Shown: positions 22,072 to 31,214 of the stretch, piece after piece | How the letters are laid out: each line of letters begins with the position of its first letter | How positions within the stretch are numbered: position 1 is the stretch's first letter | Origin: Histomonas meleagridis 2922-C6/04-290x | Lineage: Eukaryota; Protista; Parabasalia | Direction of reading: 5' to 3' | NCBI GenBank assembly: GCA_020184695.1 | Contig: JAANOX010000117.1 | Coordinates: forward strand, 310,001 to 374,000 | DNA: 64,000 nucleotides | The notes under the pieces: model-generated | What the model was told of the DNA's origin: nothing | Database searches by the model: none | Seen by the model: only the letters and a program-made list of their open reading frames with translations | Program-made: the position numbers and the translations under genes

Positions 22072-23021
22072 TTCTCAAATTGAATTGACTATGTTTGTTT
22101 CAATTCCAATGGTGTTTAACGTTTTTTTGGAGATGCTTACGTGTAAATGTTTTAAATTTATAAATACATATTATCATTGATCGTATTGTAATAACGCAAT
22201 ATCGCATAAGGAGACAGCAATGAAAAGTTAAATTTATATGTAATTCTTATATTAGATCATCACATCTTAATCAACTAAAAATTATTTCTTAATTTTGTCC
22301 TAAGAAAATCAAAGCTATAAGGTGTTTTTTCATATTGGTATTGATAAATTAAAAAGAAACATTGGTTGAAATTTGGAAGAAATTCATTTTTAAAGAAGTA
22401 CCTTTTACAACACCTCAAAAGCAATCACCGATAGACACGATTTGAATGATGATCCATCAATTTTCTGTCAGAATGTTTCGGCGTTATAATATAAAGTGAC
22501 AGTTTTTCAGCGGTTCCCACATTCATTTCAAATCATTATCGTTCATTCAAAATGGAACCATCAAAAAAACAGTAATTTCCAGGAAATGAATATATTAAAG
22601 CATACGAAATTCGATCAACAGGATTGAAATTTTATTTTTTATTATCACTACTCAATCTATGACATGAAATAATCTCAATTTTTATTTTTGACATTTTGAT
22701 ATTTATAAAAAAAATCACACAGTCTCATTATGTATAAGATATGAAATAATTACTTAGTACCTCAATATTAAATCTTTCAAATGCACTAAGTGATTGCTAA
22801 TGGATAATTCCAAAATGAGCGAGAAAATGCTTACAAAAATATGGGTATTTTTTTAACGTACATAATGTCAAAATTAAAACAGCTGTTTAAGTGAAAAAGT
22901 TCTTCAACAATCATTCAAAAACCCGATTTGCCAAGCTGTAATTTCGTTCCAAACCATTTGTGCAGGAAGCTTTTTCAATGCAATTGAGAAAAAACCGATA
23001 AGCAGTTTTTCATTCGTACAT

Positions 23022-24380
23022 ATGGCTCCAAAAAGAGAAATCATAGTCCCGTTTATAATTGGCGCTGGAGCACTTGGGCTATTCTTTATTTCCGTCGCTG
23101 CATGCGCTTATAATGCTCTTTACGTCGACGACAACACATATTCAGCGCAAATCTTCGGAATTAACATACGTATCAAAAATATAACACTTGTCATTGCAAT
23201 TTTCTCTATAATAACAGCCGTTCTTTTGTTAATCGCTTCAATCATTTATCTTGTTGGCAAATATCCCTTCGCTTCAATTATGCTCTTTATCTTCTCTATT
23301 GTAGCAGCAATTATTTACATCGCCTGCCAAATTATTGGCCTCAGTTTCACAAGGTATGGCCCAACACCAGTCCCACAAATTTATAACTATTATGATGACG
23401 CAGATTTCCGAAGTTATTACGACAACTACTCTTACACAGGCTTCGGTCAAGTTGTCGCTTCTTTAGGCTATGCGTCATATGATTCATTCCGACAAGATCA
23501 TCCAGATTTGTACGTAAGTTTCTACGTATCAACGGGTAGTGATTATCTTCTTCGCTCTATCCCATCTTGCTCCATCGACGCAACCCAATCCAACCTTAAT
23601 TCCGCAAGTCCATGTGATTATAGTATAGTCGAAGATAAATGTGTCGGCGATTGGACCGGAGAATCCTTCAAAGATTATCTCTGCGACATGTACAACCAAC
23701 GATCTGAGATCAACGAGACCGCAGCAGGTGGCCATTTGAACGAAGGTGAAAAACTTGCCGCATCCATCGAACGTAAGCGCGACGGCGTTGATTCCTTTGC
23801 TGCCTACTATTCATTTAACTCATTCCTTCTTGGTTTTGAGATTGTTGTTTTGATCATATTACTTATTGCATTAATTGTCAATGCGATAATGAGCGTCTTC
23901 TGTGCCAAACCAAAGAGCAGCAACAAGAAGCCACAACAAAAAGCTCAACCCAAGCAACAAAAGCAACAACCTAAGCAACCAGTTAAGAAATCGCCACCAC
24001 CACCAAAGAAAGAAGAGCCAAAGAAGAAAGATAAGTCCGAGTCATCATTGTCCGAGCTCTCCATGAAGTCATCATCAGATAAGAAGAAGCCAAGGAAAAC
24101 TTCATCCGAATCGTCATCATCTTCATCATATGTTATGGAAGAAGAAGAGGAAGAAGAGGAGGAAGAGGAAACAACTTCTTCTTCATCTGAATCTTCAAAT
24201 AATGAAAGTTCCACTTCATCAAAACCAAAGCCAAAGCCTAAAGCTCCAATGCAACCTCCTCAACAGAAAAAGAATATCGTCGAAAGTTCTTCTAATACAG
24301 AATCATCTGGTGAAGAAACTTCAACTTCTTCACTTAATTTGTCTTCTGATGAAAGCTCTACTTCTGGATCTTCTAGCTAA
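23022..24380 (+). CDS. Four-TM tetraspanin-like membrane protein with a long Q/P/K/S/E-rich cytoplasmic tail
   Basis: Three N-terminal hydrophobic helices, a ~170-aa loop with 4 Cys, a fourth helix, then a low-complexity tail. No CCG motif. Confidence 0.6.
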   Translation: MAPKREIIVPFIIGAGALGLFFISVAACAYNALYVDDNTYSAQIFGINIRIKNITLVIAIFSIITAVLLLIASIIYLVGKYPFASIMLFIFSIVAAIIYIACQIIGLSFTRYGPTPVPQIYNYYDDADFRSYYDNYSYTGFGQVVASLGYASYDSFRQDHPDLYVSFYVSTGSDYLLRSIPSCSIDATQSNLNSASPCDYSIVEDKCVGDWTGESFKDYLCDMYNQRSEINETAAGGHLNEGEKLAASIERKRDGVDSFAAYYSFNSFLLGFEIVVLIILLIALIVNAIMSVFCAKPKSSNKKPQQKAQPKQQKQQPKQPVKKSPPPPKKEEPKKKDKSESSLSELSMKSSSDKKKPRKTSSESSSSSSYVMEEEEEEEEEEETTSSSSESSNNESSTSSKPKPKPKAPMQPPQQKKNIVESSSNTESSGEETSTSSLNLSSDESSTSGSSS

Positions 24381-24900
24381 TACAAATGTAAATCCATTTT
24401 ATTTGACGCTGGAACCGCTAGTAATAATTTTATGGATGCGTCCTAAACTTATCATTCTCCATTTTTGATTTCGTTTTTGATGTGAAATTGATCGTTTTGT
24501 ATTGAAAAGTGTCGGCAGCATTTTTATGTATAGATTTGTGGCACAAAACAAAGAGAGAAATGTCTTTGTCCTTTACGTGAAGACTACGAAATGAATGGGG
24601 AATAAAGTTTAATTAAATGATATCAACAAAAATTAATGATTAAGATCTTATGAGTTTAAAATATTATTATTGGATTGGGAATAAGTCGAATGTGCTATTT
24701 GTTCAAAAAAAGTGTTTTTTGGTTATGATTGTATTGATGTACAAAATTTAGAAATCTTTAAATACTAATAAAACTAAAGTTTTATAATTATTAGATAATG
24801 TTAAATAATGTAAAGATTAATATTATTACGCTTCTGAAGGATAGGATAAAACAAAAAATTATTTTCGGAAATACGTTTATTAACGTTCTTCAAATCCAAC

Positions 24901-26001
24901 CTGATTTTACAAATCTTCTTCTCATTCGCAGGTTGCAAATGGTGGAATTTCACGCTTGAAGAGTTTCCAAATATTCTCTCTAATTCGGTGAATACACCAC
25001 TTTTTGCACTTTGCTATTCAGAGCATTGTTCTCATTGCCATGGCTTACCTTCTGCAGTAAAAGAATTCTCTGAGAAGTTTAGCGATCGCCATGGAATATT
25101 AGTAACAATGGTTGACTGTGAGAAAGATCACAATGCTTGTAATCTTTTCCATACTCAAGGAACTCCAAATATGGTTCTTGTAATTGGAAAAGACCACAGG
25201 TATTGGCCTCACACCAAAGTTCGCACGCCAGAGCAACTTGATGAATGGGTAAATTCAATAACATTACCTTACACAGAAATTTCAACACAAGAAGAGCTTG
25301 AATCAGCAAAACTAAAGCCAACTGGAGGTGGCTCCACATTCTATCTCGTAATATCTCCAATGGATCCATCTTTAAATCAATTTATCAAATCATTACGATA
25401 CACTCAACGATTCAATGACACATTCATTGTAAAATTTAATTATTCCATTTCCAAGCCGAGGCTTCTTGCATATCATAGTCCTGATTGTTTTGATGAATTT
25501 TATGATAATATTTCTTCACTTTCTGATTTTGTTGACAGACATAAATTTGGTATCTTCCACAGATATGAATCCGATGAACTTGAAGATCTTATTAAGCAAA
25601 GAAATGCAATAATATATGTTAGTGAACGTCCTTTAAATAGCTTTAGGATGAACAATTTGCGAAACATTGCAAGGCAGCGTTGTTTGGACAACTTTGCATA
25701 TGGGTGGATAACAATCGAAGACAATATCCAAGTGCTAAAGATACTTAACGTATCCATAACCGACGTTCCGTTTCTGTTCGGAATTAACCGTCAAAAAGGC
25801 GTCAAAAGTGTTTACAAATTGAGAATAAACGACGCAGAAAAAAACGGTTTCTTCGATTCAATATTGAATGAAGGAAAGGCGCAGAAACTCAGCAATATGC
25901 AATCAGCGGCTTTGCTTTCAGCATTGAATTTTATACTTGTGTTCATGTGTTCAGCGGCTTGGGATAAGCTCACTGGAAAACAAGCGCAAAAAATCGAATA
26001 A
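24901..26001 (+). CDS. Thioredoxin/PDI-like ER membrane protein (CSHC); probable CTG start
   Basis: CYSEHCSHCH, VDCE....C.LF...GTP.MVL, C-terminal TM. Frame is open from 24850 with a signal-peptide-like (L)ILQIFFSFAGC starting at CTG 24901. Confidence 0.8.
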   Translation: MILQIFFSFAGCKWWNFTLEEFPNILSNSVNTPLFALCYSEHCSHCHGLPSAVKEFSEKFSDRHGILVTMVDCEKDHNACNLFHTQGTPNMVLVIGKDHRYWPHTKVRTPEQLDEWVNSITLPYTEISTQEELESAKLKPTGGGSTFYLVISPMDPSLNQFIKSLRYTQRFNDTFIVKFNYSISKPRLLAYHSPDCFDEFYDNISSLSDFVDRHKFGIFHRYESDELEDLIKQRNAIIYVSERPLNSFRMNNLRNIARQRCLDNFAYGWITIEDNIQVLKILNVSITDVPFLFGINRQKGVKSVYKLRINDAEKNGFFDSILNEGKAQKLSNMQSAALLSALNFILVFMCSAAWDKLTGKQAQKIE

Positions 26002-26590
26002 TTTTCTACACAAGTGAATATAAAAAAAAATCTTGTAAAAACAATGTTTAAATTAAATATTATAATATTAGCAATGAAGGTTTTGGTTAAACATTTTTGA
26101 GTCTTTTCCTTTTATTGATGGTTGTCGGCGAAGGCTTTTTTCCCTTAATGGAATTGAGCCTATCGGATTTTTAGCAATGTAAACACCTCAAAAAGTTATT
26201 AAAAAGAAGAAAACGATCATTTTAAATGATAAACATTTCCTTATCTGTGAAGAACCATTCTGTGTTTAAATATATGTCATGTTCCGTCAATTGATTGCAT
26301 TATTTTCACATAAAATCGCAAAAATCATAAGAAAACCATCAGCGGCAAAATATAGAATAACCTCATAACGGTTGTATTGAATTGTCATTTTTAATCAGAA
26401 AACGATGGAAATGACGATCAAAAATGAGAAATTTTTATCTCGTTTTATACGTGTGCTCAAGCAATGTACTAAGAAAAAAAAGGAAAAGTTCTCAAAGGTT
26501 ACATTTTTTATTCTGAGATTTTGTCTAAAAGCAATTTTTTGTATTCAATAATCAATATAAAGTTATGAAAATCTTCAAAAAAGTTGTATA

Positions 26591-27517
26591 CTACATACAG
26601 CTTAAGTACACCTGATCCATATCGATGTTTAAGAGGTTTTCATGTTGGGAGATTTCGGATAATTTTTCTAAAATCGCTTTATCTTTCTTCCTGTTAAGTA
26701 GCTGTGGCTGCCCCATGTTGAGAGAAAATTGTTCGCGTGAAGTGGAGTGCTTTGTTTGAAGTTTTGCACATTTAATTTGGTAGCGATTTATGTTTTTGGT
26801 TCTGTGATTTGGGGTTCTTGAGTGTGGCGACTTACGTTGGCTGTTCGATTTGATAGTTGGATTTGGGTTTTGTAGCATTTTTTTGGTAGATTCTGAATCA
26901 TCATTAGCTCTCAGACGAATTTCTTTCACGTTTGATACGCTATGTGGCATGCTTGAACTCAAAGATCTTTGTCTTCTTTTGTTTGTGGTTGATATTGGCT
27001 TTGGGGACAATGCTTCAAAGCTATTTTGGCTTAAAATTTCTTCTGTTTGCATTGGTTCAGGGAATGTGTAACCAATTGCTCTTAGTTCTTCTTCATGGCT
27101 CATTTGTTGCTTTTGTAAGAATGTAAATCTTTCTTCATTTCCGCTAAAAGCAATTTTGGAAGAATTAGATTCATCTTCTAATACTGGATCGAACGGCGTG
27201 TTGTTAAATCCCAAAGAAACTCCATAACCAGAAGCAAAGGAGTACTCCCGAGGAAAAGGATACGAAATTGGAGAATTCGAAATATCACGAACAACCACTG
27301 GGTTTTCATTCTCAACATCGGTTGAGCTTGTAAAAATCTCACCGTTTTTACTGATCATTATTCCACATAATTGAGAAAAAGATGGTTGTCTTAACGATAA
27401 GCCTATCTGATGTTCGGCCAATTTTTCACACATTCCTGGGCATGGAAGCGATTGTGATGTTTTGACGCAGGAGTCCTTTTTCGAGGTCATTTTGCAAAAT
27501 GCGCTTTTCATAGCCAT
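26591..27517 (-). CDS. Hypothetical S/K/N-rich protein
   Basis: ~308-aa ORF from first ATG; no recognised domain. Confidence 0.65.
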   Translation of the reverse strand: MAMKSAFCKMTSKKDSCVKTSQSLPCPGMCEKLAEHQIGLSLRQPSFSQLCGIMISKNGEIFTSSTDVENENPVVVRDISNSPISYPFPREYSFASGYGVSLGFNNTPFDPVLEDESNSSKIAFSGNEERFTFLQKQQMSHEEELRAIGYTFPEPMQTEEILSQNSFEALSPKPISTTNKRRQRSLSSSMPHSVSNVKEIRLRANDDSESTKKMLQNPNPTIKSNSQRKSPHSRTPNHRTKNINRYQIKCAKLQTKHSTSREQFSLNMGQPQLLNRKKDKAILEKLSEISQHENLLNIDMDQVYLSCM

Positions 27518-28696
27518 TTTCAATAAACACGATTGAAATTGGGGAGCAGTTTTATTCAATTTTTTTACGCGAAAGAAAATTGAGTAACCGTGTCCGCTGT
27601 TGTATTGATTTTGAGAAGCCGTTGTTTAAAAATGTATTTTTTATCACTTATTTGACTCTCACTTTATTCTAATTTTATTCTTTTCAATCATACTTCAAAT
27701 TGTATTAAATCAAATTGATTTTATTTGTCGAAACTGATTTTATGAGAGATGGTACTGTATAACATGGAATGTGGTTTTTACATAATATTTCCTTTATGAA
27801 TCTTGATATATAATGATCAAGATATTATTACCATTAAAAAAAAACATTTAAATATATTATTGAGGTATTTCATAAATATCCACATATTCATATAAAGTTG
27901 TTTTAAACGATAAAAGGTTTTGGTCATATTTTTAAATTCAAATTCTCCATAAAAACAAAAAGATGATTTGTCTATTAAAACATGTCTTTTGATATTAGGA
28001 CTGAAATATTTTTATATATCTTAATTTACATAATAATTTGATATGATGGTGTTAACAATAACAAACAAATTGAAAAAAGGCTGTGTAATCATTATATGAA
28101 GTCGATTTAATTTGATCTTTGTTTAAACAAGATGTAATTCAACACCAATAAATATGATATTAGCCAATAAATCGAAAATGGGCATTCCTATTTCGGATAA
28201 ATAACTTTTTTGAATTATTTTTTATAATATAGGTACATCATGAAAATATTTAAAAGAAATTTATGGGTTATCATGAATGTTTTCCATTATTAAATTGATA
28301 TCCATATAAAACATTGTAAAATGTTTGTCTTTGGGTATGATTGAATAATTGTAACCATTAAAAATAACATTTTCCTTTAAAATCATTTTCATATAAGTGA
28401 GGTACCTCATATATCAAAAATCAACAAATAATACATGTTAATGCAATTTTATTAATAAAATTCGGTACCGAAATCACATAAAATTAAGTTAACTATTAAA
28501 TATCTGTGAGTCGATACTCCAGAATTTTCCCATGATATACCCCAACTATGGTCATGATAAGTCCAACAATAAAAAAATAAATCCTTGTATTAAAAATATA
28601 AATAAAGTTATAGCGCATTCTGTGCTTCCATCGCTCACATAGATTTGTTTGTTTGGGGAATTCTAATTAACGTTCTCCTAACAACAAAACAAATTT

Positions 28697-30094
28697 ATGT
28701 CACTAAAATCATCATTTAAAGCAAATCCAAAACCGCACAGAACTACAAAACGGCTAATAGAAACGGTGGAACTTCTAGAAAAGGAAGACAAACAAAAATA
28801 TGAAGATCTTGAAAAATATTATATTCAACATTTTGATGAATATTTTGGTTATTTAAATTGTGATGAGCCAGAAAAGTTATCTAAAAGCCTCAAATTTTTT
28901 CTCCATTATCTTCAATTAGCAAAAGACGATACATATGCAAAAAATATTTTACAAGTTGATATTCTTGATCGCTTGTTTACTCTTTTTGCTTCAATGAGTT
29001 CTCCAATCATAACACTAGATACACTTAATCTTTTATCTTTGTTATCATATTGGGTTGATATTACAATTAATCCTTCTCAATATAATACACTTATAGACAC
29101 CTGCATACAACTTTTTTCATCAAATGATCCATCTTTTTTTGAAAGTCTTCTTGTTTTTATTGGCAATTTTTCATTATCAAATGATGGATTTAGTGCTTTA
29201 TTTATTCAAAACCAAGGAATAATACACTCAGACAACATCTTTTATACCCATAACCTTCACAATATTGATTATCTGCTTCGTCTTTGTTATTGGATGGTGT
29301 TACAACTTGTTCAGCGTCCATTTGACCTTGAAGAGATATACCAAATCACGATTTTAGTTGAGAAATCGTTCGAAAACAAAGACATAAAATGTATTTTATA
29401 TTCTTTTAAGATTATCCAAACGTTAATGAAGGCAGATGTTGATTATCCGTTTTCGGAACAATTAGTTTTCTACTTTATTGCATCAACTGCATCGACTACT
29501 GAAGTAATAAAAGAACTTTTAAAAACTATTCTTATGATTTCGAACCAAGACCTTTACAGAATGATCATTAACGATGACTTTATAAATAATTTGGCCTTAC
29601 AAATAATTAAAGTCAATGGGAAAGATACAATTAAACGTAAAAAGTCTTCTTTCATCGCAAAAGACACTTTTCACTTTTTGAATGAAATTTTTCCGTTTTT
29701 CGTTCCAGATGTTAACAACATAATACTTATCGCAGCTATGTTAAGTATAGCAGAAGGTGCTTATGAAGAAAGAAAAGAGGCTTTAACTTTCGTTTATAAA
29801 TTATGTAATAATGATAGAGAATTTACTATTGGAATTTGCGCTGCAGGATTACTGTTGCCACTCGCAAATGTAATAGATACTGAAATGTCAGACGTATCAA
29901 TGATGTGCTTAGAAATATTGTATATGTTAGGAATGGCATGTGAAGAAATGGCTATAGATTTAACTCAATGTCAAGGATACGAAATTATCGCTAAAGTATT
30001 GGATAAGTTACTTGGGGTTCCTGAATCAGATGAAATGAATGAAAGGATTTATGATTTGCTGAGATATTACTATTTGGATGACGAAAATGTTTGA
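28697..30094 (+). CDS. ARM-repeat-like hypothetical protein
   Basis: 465-aa helical ORF with ARM-like segments (ERKEALTFVYKLC, AAGLLLPLANVI). Confidence 0.65.
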   Translation: MSLKSSFKANPKPHRTTKRLIETVELLEKEDKQKYEDLEKYYIQHFDEYFGYLNCDEPEKLSKSLKFFLHYLQLAKDDTYAKNILQVDILDRLFTLFASMSSPIITLDTLNLLSLLSYWVDITINPSQYNTLIDTCIQLFSSNDPSFFESLLVFIGNFSLSNDGFSALFIQNQGIIHSDNIFYTHNLHNIDYLLRLCYWMVLQLVQRPFDLEEIYQITILVEKSFENKDIKCILYSFKIIQTLMKADVDYPFSEQLVFYFIASTASTTEVIKELLKTILMISNQDLYRMIINDDFINNLALQIIKVNGKDTIKRKKSSFIAKDTFHFLNEIFPFFVPDVNNIILIAAMLSIAEGAYEERKEALTFVYKLCNNDREFTIGICAAGLLLPLANVIDTEMSDVSMMCLEILYMLGMACEEMAIDLTQCQGYEIIAKVLDKLLGVPESDEMNERIYDLLRYYYLDDENV

Positions 30095-30114
30095 TTTTTA
30101 TAAAAATATTAATT

Positions 30115-30345
30115 TTATTGATAGGACTTTTTAGGATTATAGCGTAATAGAAAATGTGCAAGAAAAAGAACAGGATCAGGTGGTCGAATTTTTTCGAGTT
30201 CATCAAGTCCGAAAGCTAAAAGTGGAACAAGCGTATCATTTAGATATTTTTTGAGTTCTTCTTCATTTGTTTGAGATTCGCGATCGCTTTTTGTATCCTG
30301 GCTTTCATTAGCAAATGATTCTTTAGATGAAGATCTTTCTTCCAT
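30115..30345 (-). CDS. DPY-30 motif protein
   Basis: KKYLNDTLVPLLAFGLDEL.KIRPPDPVLFLAHFLLRYNP matches the Dpy-30 dimerisation motif. Confidence 0.85.
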   Translation of the reverse strand: MEERSSSKESFANESQDTKSDRESQTNEEELKKYLNDTLVPLLAFGLDELEKIRPPDPVLFLAHFLLRYNPKKSYQ

Positions 30346-30381
30346 TAAATTTTTTTCAATTTAACGTTTATTTCATGTCAC

Positions 30382-30924
30382 ATGTCGGCACCAATTATGA
30401 GGGTTAGGCGTTTTGATGATGAAAGATTAGAAAAATTAAGGAAAGCTGCAAATGTGAAAATTGGACTAACTGATAAGGATATGATCCGTGATTATTTTCT
30501 TGAGGAAGAAGAAGTTGAAGACACTTGGATGGAAGTAAGTGATCAATTCATTGAGACTGGAGAGGAACCTATGGAACCTTTTTCAATCAAAGAAGATCTT
30601 AAGTACATGCACTATGATAAAAATGGTAATTTATTACCAAATCTTAATGAAGAAGAGGAATCTGAAGCAGATCCAGAAGAAGATTTGATTACAGAAGACA
30701 AGGAATTACTGTTGGATTCTTTGCGTTTGTTAATTCAATTTACCCAAGGAAATAATACAGTCAGAGATACAATAGCTGACTTTTTCGAACGCAACTTGGA
30801 GGAGCAGGCCAACATGCTTACTGATGCAGCTTGCAACCTAATGTTTATGGGCTTTTATGATATTTATGCAATGAACGAGAGGAAAATGGGAAGAATCTAC
30901 CAAAAAATATATAGCGAAGCCTAA
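30382..30924 (+). CDS. Acidic hypothetical protein
   Basis: 180-aa ATG-initiated ORF with coding-like composition. Confidence 0.7.
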   Translation: MSAPIMRVRRFDDERLEKLRKAANVKIGLTDKDMIRDYFLEEEEVEDTWMEVSDQFIETGEEPMEPFSIKEDLKYMHYDKNGNLLPNLNEEEESEADPEEDLITEDKELLLDSLRLLIQFTQGNNTVRDTIADFFERNLEEQANMLTDAACNLMFMGFYDIYAMNERKMGRIYQKIYSEA

Positions 30925-31214
30925 TAAACTTGTTTTAACTGTATCAGAACATCAAAAAAAAATTATCTTTAATGTTTGAATTATTTCGATTTATTGGTAT
31001 GCTAAATAAACGAAATCAGAATAATTTATTACTTGTTGAGGATCTTTTTCTTTTATGGGAAAAGCTAATTATACATAGATTTCTAGCAACAAGATTACCA
31101 AGAAGATTTTCAGAACATTTTGCAGAACGGAACAATGGCCTCAAAATTTGAACTGTAAAACCATTCCAAACACAGAAAAAATTGAATGACGAAATATTCA
31201 AAACAATAATCATT

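Noticed and set aside
22340-22650. Coding-like remnant on the minus strand (NFNPVDRISYALIYSFPGNYCFFDG...)
   Set aside because: Probably a pseudogene fragment, but no family could be recognised; similarly unassignable remnants lie at ~5250-5700, ~17500-18000 and ~27700-28560.
23347-24468. Short antisense or alternative-frame ORFs overlapping real genes (also 34106..34684, 58046..59460, 59858..60125 and similar)
   Set aside because: They are shadows of low-complexity or repetitive coding sequence on the other strand or frame, with no independent motifs.
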